The notes below the pieces were generated by a model. The model was not told the origin of the DNA. It worked only from the letters and a program-made list of their open reading frames with translations, and made no database searches. A stretch of DNA of 64,000 nucleotides, from positions 12,809,166-12,873,165 of the forward strand of contig CM082584.2 of assembly GCA_040954595.2 (NCBI GenBank), read 5' to 3'. This document shows positions 46,044 to 58,684 of the stretch, piece after piece. A program made the translations under genes and the position numbers. Origin of the DNA: Balanoglossus misakiensis. Lineage: Eukaryota > Animalia > Hemichordata. The first letter of the stretch is position 1. Each line of letters opens with the position of its first letter.

Positions 46044-46484
46044 CTAATGGGCCATGAATACACACACACATAAACTCACGATGAGCGGAATGAATAAAGC
46101 GCTCGGTGAAGCTACGACGGCGGTGCTCTTCACGAGTGGTATATTTGTGTCCGGGGTATCGCCGCGTACCCGGTAAGAACACGACTTCAGGCGGCATATA
46201 CATTTGCTTTCATCTCGGTCCCAAAGACAAACGTTCCTTCTGCAATCAGCATACTCGCATTTACAGGCAACATCAGATCTTCTCATACAGAGGATTTCTT
46301 TAGGCTGGAGCACCTTCGACGTTGGCGGCGGCTGTGGGGGTGATTCTTTCTCCGGTGCCGGGGTAGCCTCTCCGCCTCCTCCTCCTCCTGGAGGGACAGT
46401 CAATGCTGCTGCCTCCGTTACTACGGAAAGCGTTGCCAGGTGCAGCAAAATTGCAGCAGTGGCGAATAATATCTTCGAAAGCAT
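46044..46484 (-). CDS. uncharacterised secreted, probably GPI-anchored, Pro-rich/8-Cys protein (main coding exon, 146 aa)
   Basis: Acceptor TTTCAG immediately precedes ATG. Signal peptide MLSKILFATAAILLHLATLSVVTEA, Gly/Pro-rich linker, Cys module CMRRSDVACKCEYADCRRNVCLWDRDESKCICRLKSC, hydrophobic C-terminus SPSALFIPLIVSLCVCVFMAH* with no cytoplasmic tail. Candidate polyA signal (reverse strand) at 43979-43984. Confidence 0.8.
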   Translation of the reverse strand: MLSKILFATAAILLHLATLSVVTEAAALTVPPGGGGGGEATPAPEKESPPQPPPTSKVLQPKEILCMRRSDVACKCEYADCRRNVCLWDRDESKCICRLKSCSYRVRGDTPDTNIPLVKSTAVVASPSALFIPLIVSLCVCVFMAH

Positions 46485-46674
46485 CTGAAATACAAGTGGA
46501 ATGTATATGTTACGAGAGCACACACAGACAAAAAGATGGCAAGCGTCTTCTTATAAGGAGAGTGGCACATTAGAGAGTTAGAAGCTCAAGGAATCACCAT
46601 ATATAATTCATTCATCATCATCATCAACTCATTCGTTCATCATTAATTCATTCAGTCTTAGGTCAAAATCGTTG

Positions 46675-46751
<77 letters not shown>
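46675..46751. repeat. (TCA)n microsatellite, about 25 units
   Basis: Perfect trinucleotide run, directly visible. Confidence 0.97.
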
Positions 46752-46752
<1 letters not shown>

Positions 46753-49700
46753 GCACTCCCCATCTTACATCTAACTAATTCAATTTGCAATGAGGTCACA
46801 CTATACGTTTTTCGAGATACTTTAAATCGAGGGCACGGTACACCTGTTTTTCTTCCTTAGACAAACATCTCACCATAATGGACATTTATTGTCCTGAATC
46901 CGAATTGTGACACCAAGAGCTTTCAATTAACTCCGGAATGGCAGAAAAACACCTGAGCCAAGACAAGCTTGCCAAGAAAAGACTTTTAGTGACGGGAGAG
47001 TCACAATCGTGTTCGCCGATTTCACTTAAATTACATAACCATAAGTTGGATAATCGAACAAAGAAAATCAGACGAAACACCTGTTATAAGAAGGTACTAG
47101 GAACGGATGGGTGTTACGACGAACGAGACATCAGCTGAAGGATCTCGTAAGATAACATCTTTATTACGTTCAATAGACCGACAAGTTCCAATGTTAGCCA
47201 GCGGAGCCATAAAATCCCTAATTTGCCAGAAAGCTTAACCAAGGCGAAACGAGAGAAATGAGATTGTCCCCAGACAATCTCAGAATATGTTATAGCCGAT
47301 GGGCTGTACCTAAAAATGACAACCGCGAAATGTTGCCTCGATGTTCCACCTGAAGACGAATACAGACAGGATAATATTTCACGCAAAAACTACTACGTCA
47401 TATAGCAGGTATACCTTTAATTGATCAATTATGTAGCCAATTCCCGAGGCCTCGCCATTCGGATCGTGACGTATAATATGATTAAGACACGAACCCAAGA
47501 CAACTGGATGAGCAACGGGATAATCTAAGCAGATTAGTAATTTTACGACTCTCCATACCGTATTATTAAATCGGCTTATGCCACGTAAGCTGTGTAAATT
47601 AACTAGCGTTCTCTTGTAAGGCCAATAAAGGGATTTACCTTCGACGACATAGATTGGGTCCACTTTACATCCGTCACATGTACGTAATATAATAAAATAG
47701 ACTGCACTTTGGCCAATGAAATATCTTACTTTAAATTAAAAATCATTGATGAATATCAAGTTTTATGATATCGCATTTGATCAATGATGGTGTACCATAG
47801 AATGACGAGAATGTAGCCTAATATGTCGATATTTCCAGACCGTCCCTTCTTTGAGAGGTTTGTTATTCCGGTGTTAATTTTTAAATAATGAAATTTAACC
47901 GCAGTAATTACCCACTTGCCATCTGAGACAATCGATGTAATTGCAAATCTACCATTTACATAATTGACTCGAACACAAGGTAAACCACAGTCATATATGT
48001 TTGACAGTTACGTCTCTCCTCCACTCATTTCCCGCATCATGCACTAAACTTATCAGAGCTTCCGAGCGCGACCCAGCAAATGCAATTGCCTTCGTGTTTT
48101 GAACATATGTAGTGTTGCGAGAGTCTCGCCCCGGAAAATCCAATTACATCTCAATCTCCACGATGTTTTCAAAGGCCAAAATATTCGTGATTGCATTAAA
48201 GAATTTCAAAGGAATTCACTCGAGGAACAAAGGTGAACTGATTTCGCACGTTGAATTTATTCCGCGTCTTACAATTTACGACATATTCCAAATCTCATTC
48301 GTAACGCATGTCATAAAATATCATGAATAAAGGAAGTGGCCTGATCGAATTCAACCCGCGTCCCTTCACGACACGGTGACACGTGACTCGCATGGTCGCC
48401 ATCTTGAAATTCGCATGTGACTGTTCTTCCGGAAGTTGCATTACACGTACTGCTTTTTCTGATTGTACAACTATACGTTTTTAAAGAAAACGCTTGCAGA
48501 CATTTTCATTAACATACCAAGCCCACTCTAAAGAGAATCACTACTTTCGGTTTCCTGGGAATTTTGACATTTTCGTAACCTGATGTTTCACTTCCTTTGG
48601 GCACATCAGTTGTCACTTTGGGATCTTCAAAGACAAACTGTGAATATCTTCGCCGAATCAGTGTCTCTTGCGACGCCCTGAAACGCCAACCTTGAGCCTT
48701 AAACGTATTAAACCATTAAAACCGAAGTACTGTCTGTGTGGACGGGGAAACCAATTCAATTTGCTGGAGGCTGTTAACTCTGATGGAAATGGAAGCTCAT
48801 AGACTTATCATTTTCGTAACGAGGTATGATCCTCAATCGAATGGAGTCTGCGTGGTACCTGCAGATATCATAATGATATTTGGTTACCATGGATAATGTA
48901 ATTGCTGAGATCATGTGGATGTATCTCGGAGCAGGAAGTGACCTTTATGATATAATGGAATGATACACCAACATTAATATCTCTTACCAATTATTATACA
49001 ATACGTGCATATTTGCACACTGTCTGATGCGATTAAGGTATCGTAACGATGGTAGTGATGATGTGACATTTAATTTCAACTCCGTCTTTGTTACGATTGC
49101 CAACCTCTGAAAGGAAGGCGATATTGAGAAGAACTATTCTTTTGACGGGCATTTCACATTCTGCAACATTTGCACAAAATATCTTCATATTCGAAGACTA
49201 AGACACGCCTTCATGTACATATATGCGCCTAAGTAAATTAGAGGTGACTGTGATCCTTCAAGGAACCTGCAGGGGAAATGACCCCTTTCAAACGCAGAAC
49301 TATCCACACAACACTGAGCTGGAACCTCTTTCAGTTTTGAAAAGCCCGGATGTCAGCGAATACATGCAGCTGCATAAAGAACACGTGACAAAGGCGACAC
49401 CTGGAATTTGAGTGACCCATGCTGCAGATAAGAAACGTAGATATGCACACACATTCCTCTATTTGTGTGTTCATCCACCACCTTCACCATCTTTTTTGCA
49501 GCGTTAACATTGTGAATTAATCAAGCGACCATTTTGAGTTCCTCATGTTACCAAACTTGAAACCTCATCTCCCCTCATCCAGAACTTTCCTAATGAGCCC
49601 CTATTAAACGAGGATTTGAAGTAAATTGAGTGGCTATATTCTTTTCCAATATGGCTACTAGCACATTCAAGGGTTGCAAATAAGTCGTCTGTCAGTGAAA

Positions 49701-52700
49701 AAAAAAACATACTGGCGAAGACAGTTCATTAGTGTGAGAAGCGACTGCATTTATGCGTGTACACGTCTCTCTATAATATACGAGGTTCACGTGACCTTGC
49801 GTGAAATGGCGATAACGAGGCGCTTCTCTGGTGCCATCTTGTCAGACGACATAATATGGCAAAACAGTTGATATAGCAGCGGTGGGAATTGAGCAAACAA
49901 AAACTCACAAACAGCCGCACCTTTCTCTTATACAGTCATTTAAAATTGCCCGTGAAATTATCGACTCGTTCCCCTGTGTATTCGAATGGGGTAATAAAAT
50001 CCAGTTCCGACGGGTGATGATTTGTGCCATCGGACAAAATTGACACAACGCGGTATTTTTTGCTCGCACGAGTGCTCATCATGTTTAGCAGGGGCTATTG
50101 CACAGGAATACTGAATTTGAAGGCGGGCGTTGTCAATCGCACACACTGTGTACTTCTCATGCTCCCCACTACTGTCTGTGCTTCCAGGAACGAACTAAAT
50201 CCATCATAACTCTGATTATTGAACGGGCAAGAATTAATTGGATATATTTTGGGAACACAAAGTTTTAATTACCGATACTATATTAAACATGGTCTGATAC
50301 GGTCCAATCGCCACCTTCAGCCTAATCATCAACAAATGAACAAAGACAGTGTCCCTTTCTGCATCGGCTGTAAATCATTTGTCTACTCAAGCAAGGAAAA
50401 TTCATTATTTCTACGGAGATAGCCATAGATACACGAACACAACTGCGCAGATTCTATCGTATCGCAAAGGATGATGGGACACGGCGCCATCGTACTCACT
50501 GTGTATGTATTCCGTGTCTATGATTGAACGTAGAATGACCGAGCGACCCGTAAATGAAAATAAGGTCAATGCTTTTACATGATAAATGTTCTTGGATGAT
50601 AAACGTTCTTGCGCTATCTTATAGGACGAAATCGGTTTAGGGGCCGGATGTGCTCATGACTGGTGGCAGCCATCTTGTTCCTTGTCTGAGCAAGATGGCG
50701 GAGCATTGAACGCTAGAATTTCGTGCCGGCTATCTCGTGTACATACACGTATTTTCAAAACGTCGGATACTAAATAGATAGATCGTATCCGTATATTGTC
50801 TTAAACATTTGACCCTAGCCATCGCTTATGTCGCTGCTAATCTCAAGCTCTTTATCGTCATGGCAACTGAGTTTGCCGGGATAAGTCTCGTTGCAAAGCC
50901 CAGTACCGGCTAGCGGCTAAGCTCACTGGCTTATCATACCACTTAATGTATTTGGTATTAGTAATTGTGATGGCAGATAAAATATTATACGTGTAAATAA
51001 ACCGGTTGCCAATATGGACGGAGCCCGAAGTCGATCACGTTTCATCAGACTTCTTCTTACGCGGATTAACACAACGGCTGCCAGACAGCCTTATCTCCGA
51101 CGGGCATCGTGGTCACTGCGCGTATTGATTCTGAAGAGCAGTTTAGTCACCGGGAACAGGAAAGAGCCATTGCTTCAGATACGTGACGCCATTTAAAGGG
51201 GAGGTCGATGAATTTTTGATGGAGATGCATCGGGGTGTGTGATGAATGATAAAAAAGTACAGGTGTCACCTGCAGACTTAAAGGCCGGTTCAGGAAAAAT
51301 GGCCGTTACTAAAGAACAAGAATCGCGTCCGGCATCATCTTGAGATGCCAGTTAGTTTGCAGAAACATCATCATGATCATACACACATGTTGCGTTTCGT
51401 TTAGTGACGAAATTCACCAGGGAACAGCCATTCTAAAATTCGCTTTCAACTGAGACACACGATTATCATTCATCTTATATACGCCAAAAATAAAATAATT
51501 ATGCCATTAATTCTGCAGAAGCAATTACAGAACGATACTGTTAAATATTCAATCCTATTTCTCTGTTCAAGCAGAACTATTTGATGTCAAGTTATTGTCG
51601 GAGAATCAGTTAGACGTCGGTGATCCGCCGAATGAATTGCCGCGTTTGATCACCGACGTGTAAAATAGGGTCGTTCCGCATGCATGAGATGACTCCTACC
51701 ATCGCCCTGCTTTATCATGTTGGGATTTCGGAGCGGTGACGTAAATCACGGAACTATTTGAATCTCGAGTAGCATTTTGTTCGATCGCATGCAGCTGTAC
51801 TGCATCGATTTTTAACACCGATTTCATTTGCAAGCAAACCACGAATCTGCGCGAAATTTTACGATAAAAGTTGAAGGAAAATATCCCATTATTACTTTTG
51901 AACCAGGAGTTATTATCGAGAGATAGAAGCTCAGTATAAGTGGCCTATGACCAGGTTTTACACGGTCAACCTGTCGTCTGAATCTTGAGGTCACCGTCAG
52001 TTCTTGAGATCCGATCTGCGTTCACTGATACCGGTTTGGAGCAATAATTCTGTCTATTAAAATCTCGACTTGCATCATAAATTATGGCCAATGGAAATAG
52101 CATCTCTCGTTTCCTGATGAATATTCAAAAGCGGTGAAAATGGCTCGTGCATCAAAAGGCGCTGTCATCAGAAATATAACGATAAAATTGGCATTCTGGG
52201 TAATCTAAATCCTGCGCAATGATACTCTGCCGTGTAATGTATCTTGTGTGGGAAATGCGCAGTTCCGTCAAACGAGGTGCCACTTAACCTTTCAGCTAAC
52301 TCATCTAGTCCATTAACAACGATGTGTCTGCGCATTCTGGCTGACGGCAAAAAAAGAAGACAATTTTCGTTCTCATTAAAAAGGCGATGCCACTGGAACC
52401 ATCTGCATTCATTATCACACAAATTATGTCATATTGACACCGTTGGCGTTGTTTTGCAAAGAAATCTAGTGACGCGGTGGACGCCTGGTGAGAATTGAAT
52501 TCTTTATCGTCTGCTGGCAGTGAGACTTTTGAGAAAAGGGAGAAGATAATAGTGAAAAGGATGTGGAATGGATTTGATAGGAAATGCAAATCTACGCTGG
52601 ATGCGGGGCTATCCTTTAATTCGATTTGCGCAATCAATTAACTGCGTTATCAAGCATCTGGGAGACATGGCGAAATCCTCATTGTATCGATCGGGCATTA

Positions 52701-55684
52701 TAAAACACGAAACATTACCGTAACGCCGAGAGCATACAATTCTCATAAAATCCTCTGCCTTCAGACTAGGGGTTTTCTTGTGAAATATAATCTGAACAAT
52801 GTTTCCTAGACTTATTACCGGATTGATAATACATCCGCTATAGTTTTTAACACGCAGTACAAATGCAGGTTAGTTCAAAAGGCTACCAGGATCGCCAAAT
52901 CGCTCCTTCCACCGACAGACATACATCAGAAATAATCATAGCTCGTTCTCATTGTGATCGCATTGACTCTGTCTCAGATCATTGATGTCTGGCCATCTAA
53001 CAAGGTTCTTCTGTTTCACTCGCTTTCGGCTTATTAGCTTTACCAGACAGTGCCTGCCAGTGAAGTATTCGTGCTTTTGAAATCTCACCTGGTGATACTG
53101 TAACTTCTAAGCAGGAGCATAATATGCTGTCGAGGATCAAGTTTTTAATCGCGTTATTCCACTGATGGTATAATTTTTTGTCAGATGTTCCCTGACCTCT
53201 CACCTGCACAGCGATGTTTACTTTTTTTTAAATAACTGAACCATTTTACTGTGCCACAATATGCTAAGTGAAAAAATAATCGTACCCTGACCTCGGACTG
53301 TTCGTTTTGATATATGGCTCTTTTATTATAGGTTTTCAATATTCATGAATTCGCCAGCCTTGTCACGGATATCTGGCAAATGTTGATGGCGCACGGCGAT
53401 TAAGCTTTACGACCAAAACTGAAAACAGACGTTAAAGGATCAGACATAGCCTGATATCATTTGTTTCCCTGTGAAAATGATGGAATTTTATCAATAATAT
53501 AATAACCCTCTTTTCCCTCATTGACAAGCATGTGCATATCCTTAGTTAGGATGGTGTTTGGTATGCTTTCATTTACCTTAGAGTGAAAATGTAAAATTAT
53601 GTACATAGTGATCACAGCTGTGAGGAACAGTCTTATGGGTTTAGTGAATGTTGTCACCCATGCAGTTATATATTTATAGGTAGTGTCAGTTTTCATGACG
53701 AGTACAATAACATCCCGCGAGATGCCACTGGGGTTAGGTGTGCGCATAACAGTCAGGGCGTATGAGGTCGCTATGGGTAACAGCAGACGAATTGGTGTTA
53801 TATGGAAACAGTGGCAAGTTGGAAATGTTTTAAACCTATAAGCTGCATTTACAGCTGATATTGACGGATGTGGCGAGGGAAGTATACCGCCGGGATGAAG
53901 AAAATTTATCATCGCAATTAAATCTCTTTGGTGAGATAACTGGCTTTATCTGTTCATGGATATATCTCACATTGAAATATGGGAAACGTCAAGAATGCCA
54001 TTGCGTCCAATTTAAAGGTGTGCGGTCATCTATGCAAATTTCCCCACTGTTGCCAAACGTCTCGTCTGATTTGCATAGATTAATTTGCATATTACTACTG
54101 TTCGATGTAGTTGTCCGACTTCCACCAATCAGTGCCCTTGTCTCCGGCGAAAAGCAGGACGTCTTTTTTCTCGAGAGACAGGACGGAGTCTCGGGGCAAA
54201 TCAAGAAATCCGGACGAGTGGTTTCAAGATAAATGGCAAGCGGCGATTTAATTAAGGGAAAGCCTTTCTTTCCAGTGAATTTCTGCTAGATTGAACAGGT
54301 TGCTCAATATGAGGAATTGCGTTTCCATTTTCAATGCGCAAGGGTTGAGTTAAGTGAATAGCTTGGAGAATAGGCAAAACGCTCCGAAGATAATGGTATT
54401 CAAACTGCTAACATTCACTCACGAACGACACTTGTATTATTATATCGAACGCACCGAATATTTAAGACACTGAATAAGGTTTGAACATTTCAATATTTTG
54501 CTAGAACGACTTCTCAACTGGGAATTCACGAATGACAATTCAATATTTCACTCTATCGAACGATTTTCAATAATGTTGACCCTTTAAACAAAATAGGACC
54601 AAACAATTTTTAATTTACGCAAGCAGAAGCGTGGGTTTCAATCGAGCATGATAATATCGTGCGGCTAGACAGGAAAGTGTTTCCCATTTGTTGGTATAGC
54701 GAGTAATGAATTTTCGAGTTTTCACTGCGACTGGCTGTTTAATGGAATGAATTTGCTTTTCAAATAAGATCATTTGTAAATAGCCCTGACGTTTATTATC
54801 AAAAGGCAGGAATGAATGGCACGTTGTGTTATGTGATTATACTTAGCTCATTAACCGCTATCAATATACCATTCCCTTTGCAGCAAAATTTGTTTTATTT
54901 TTAGAACAAAAGACAACTCTTCATTGTCGGGTACAATTTCATCCGAACCATCGAATACAACCACAGGAACGCAACGACGTTTCCCGTTATCCATACATTA
55001 CATCAAACTTCAACCAAAGTGAATGCCAGGTGGTCTACAACTTAAATATATTTTGGAAACATGTGTTTTGTAATTCTGTCTGTATTGTATGCAAATATTC
55101 GGTACGGAGTCAGCAATATGCCGTTCAATCCGTAACCTTTGACCAACAAACCGACCGTATATCATGCATTGCTCTTGTCAGTACCGGGGGGTTGATTGAT
55201 CGTGTCACCCAAACGTGACCGTGGAAAATAGTAAAGGTTCACATTGTATATCTAAATTAATTTAAACTGATCATTTTCAGCCATGCAGCAAACTGTTGGA
55301 CAATACCTGTGCCAATTGGCGTTCCTAAATGGTGAAGCGCGCGTTTACGGGTGTGGTGGCAAAACTGAGCTTTTCAGAGTAATGATACGACTCAAATTAG
55401 AAGCTACTACCGTACCCGCATATTTGATAGTAACAGCAATCGCCATAGTTCAAATTTCATACAGTCCTCTAGGGAAATACACCTGTGGTTAGAAGACTCG
55501 CTTAAATTTCTCCCTGTAATGTCTCTCTCTCTCTCATACCCGTGCATCACGCTCTCACAGCGAGTTTTGTACAAAGGCAATTTACGTTTTTCCATGCGTA
55601 TTTTAGCCTCTCCGACACACACGCCTTGTACGGCAGATATGGGCCGGGCAAATGCAGGGCAAATGTACGTATACATGTACTTAC

Positions 55685-55711
55685 CATCATTTGTCCGGGT
55701 GAACAGTACAT
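55685..55711 (-). CDS. candidate first coding exon of the 8-Cys GPI-like gene (MYCSPGQMM)
   Basis: Consensus donor ATG|GTAAGT at 55685 in phase 0, compatible with the acceptor at 46484 (9.2 kb intron). In-frame TAG two codons upstream of the ATG; CpG-rich surroundings; TATA-like and ATGACGTAAT elements near 56140-56165. Confidence 0.5.
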
Positions 55712-58684
55712 CCGCTACCACCTTGTTGAGGCAAACAGGCCGTGTAAAATAACCGACATGGCTGGCATATCGCGGTCACTCGTTAGTACAAGCTGCTCGC
55801 CATTCGACACCTAGCCTGAGTGCGAGGGCTGCTCTCTCTCTCGCTCTTCAGGCAATTAGTATTCACCACACGCCACCAGAGCCCAGTGCAGAAAGCTTCG
55901 AGTGATCAGGCACAGGACGTCATATACACACGACTGATAAACTACCCGGTAAATTAAAGCTTCGGGGTCGGAGTTGCGCGAGACACAGGCAAAGGGAAAC
56001 TTACAAAAGCATTCATCAAGCCCGCTTCTCATTGACCCTGTCAGACGGTTTCTATGGCAACAATAATCTGTCTCCCAAAGTGGGCAGGCCGAAAACAATA
56101 TTGCTGAACCAATATGGGCGCGTGCTCTAGCTCGCGTTCATAAATATATAATTCCATTACGTCATGGTTTAAAAAAAATAATATTCGCCAACTGTTCAAT
56201 GATGTTAATTGTTGTCATACAGACTGTTTCAATGTGCGACAAAAATAAATTTAGTTTTCCCTGGTGTTTGTTTTAAGTGTCGGGCTTTGCTCTTCTTGTA
56301 TGCCTGCGTATGCCTGTGTGTGTGCACGCGCGCGCACTCATGCACGCACGCATACATACACGATGGTCAATTTATATTTAAATCTATACATTGCCTTAGA
56401 CATAATTAATTAATATCGTTGATTGCTCATCATACCGCGCTGAATATTCATAAAACTGTGACAAATATTCATAGGCGAATATTTTGTCAGACTAACCGTC
56501 ATTTAGATTCGTTCCCTTCATCCATTTCCACGGTGACTTTTTCCGGGTGCGCTCTTCATGCAGTTCTACAAAGGACGAGACATTCAAATGAAGTGGTCAA
56601 ATTTGAATGCAAAAACGACACCAACAACGTGCTATACAAAAAGGTAGCAAAATATAGTTTCACATAGGGGAACATGATAAAGACAGCAAAGAAAAGAAAA
56701 CCCAACTCTCTAGGGCACCATGAGATTGATAATTAACCCCATCCATTAATTAGAAGAATACCTGTTCTGGTTTGAGTGGAATTGCCTCGTGGAGTCTCCG
56801 ACAAGGCTGATGTAGTTAGTGACCCGTGTCTGTTTAACCCCATGACAATTTGAATTGTACACTTTATGCATATGCTAATGTATTTGCATGATCATACAAT
56901 AACACCTGGTAATGGCACATCCTGGTGTCTTGTGTGTGCGCATGCTCTGAACACTACATCTACATGTACTAGTATATTGTGTTTTAGCCTGTCGAAAAGC
57001 GAGTATTGGGCATTAGGTTGAGTGTATCGAAAAAATAAACGAAATTAAAAAAATAACTTGTGTCTATCTCTGCCTAGTCGTTGATATTATTCGTGTTGCA
57101 TTAGCCCCTCCCCACGTTTTCTAGAAGTGCTTTCAAGGTAGTTTTTCTCGTCAAATTAATTCTACCTGCGTACAAAATAACAAAGGAGGCGATCGATTAT
57201 CCCCTCTAGCGCGAAATTGCCGAAGCAAAAACTCTACGTTTTATTGACTTAAAAATTATCTGTGATCTGGTGACTGCTACTGCTTCATTCTGGTCACCAT
57301 GGGAGAGCGCGGGAAAAGGTTAAGCACACAGAAGGCGATCGTTAGCGCCTTTTGTATCCTTCATACTTTGGATCGATTGTGACGTTTTAGCTGGGACCAA
57401 GGAAGTGGAAAGCAGAGTTTGAAAATTGTGTCATGACATTCCCCGACTGTGTTCAGAATTGTCCATTCATCAGTTGTATTCACCGGTTATTGGTTGCATG
57501 GAGGGAAGAGTTTATTTGACAGTTACACAAAGAGAAGGGGGCGTAGCCGCCTTATCTTCTCGGAACAGATAATCGTTTTCCCCTCCAACGATCATTCAGC
57601 TGTCGTATATGGCGCCATCTTCAGAAGCTGAAATCTGTGATGTAATCCATCAAACCTGTTTACAAACATGATTGTCTGCATGCATTATGTTTATTCAGCA
57701 ACAGAGATCTCACCTCGCATCGCATAGCAAACTTAACGACAAAAAAGTAAAGATAAATACAAGTACTCTTTACCAAGCCATCGAAGAGGGCGCCATGCCG
57801 GCATAGGCCAGGAGAGGGGGGAGAGGGGGAGATCAATTTTTTACAAATAAAGCATTTGGAATTTTTAATTATTTAGAAAACAACCATATATTCATTTAGT
57901 ATTCTTTATATGATACAAAACGTATTATTTACATTTCATTTCAGTAAAGGAAAACCGGAAAGTACATGTACATACACACCGCGGCAATTGTTGTCTGTTT
58001 GTCAGCTGTCTGTTTGGAAAAGTATATTTATAATGTAATTATAATGGTCCTATCACCATCTTCAAAAATCAAAAACTACATTTATGATTATTTTATTCAA
58101 ATAAAAGGAAAACGATGAAAACTAAGATTATGAATTTTGCATCAGTTGTGACAATTTAATATTTCAATTGATAATTACTACCAGATTCATTCACACACAG
58201 GCCGAATGGATTCATATAAGTGCTAACTCTTATAAAGCGAGATCGTTAAGCTCTGAGACTTGAAATGTAGACCAAATATGTTTGCACGTACAAAAAATAT
58301 ACAGGAAATCTATAAACATGATTTTTTTTTTTACAATACGAGTGAAAGGCAAGCAATTGTTCAAGCACATTACCTTGAGGATATTTACAAATAAGACTAT
58401 ATACAAGTAAAGCTATTTATTGTAAATCATCTCAGTTGCAGAAGATGTATAAACAACTTCCTGGAATTCATATATAATGATAAAGTACAGAACTTTTGTG
58501 GTAACCATGCAAGTGACACTGTGTGTAGTGTCGGCCATCTAGACGAACATGATACTGAAGTGTTGGTCGATATGTCTGCAATACTTCTTGACAAGAAAAA
58601 CACAATTGTGATCATCCAAAATGTCTATAGTACGCAAGCAACTTGTAAATGTCTGTCTGCGCGCGCACACGCGTGTTATCACAA

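Noticed and set aside
46672-46860. Poly-serine ORF
   Set aside because: Translation of the (TCA)n microsatellite; non-ATG start and no splice support.
48336-48390. tRNA-like or B-box-like sequence on the minus strand
   Set aside because: Cannot be folded as a cloverleaf and the B-box is degenerate; at most a SINE-head relic.
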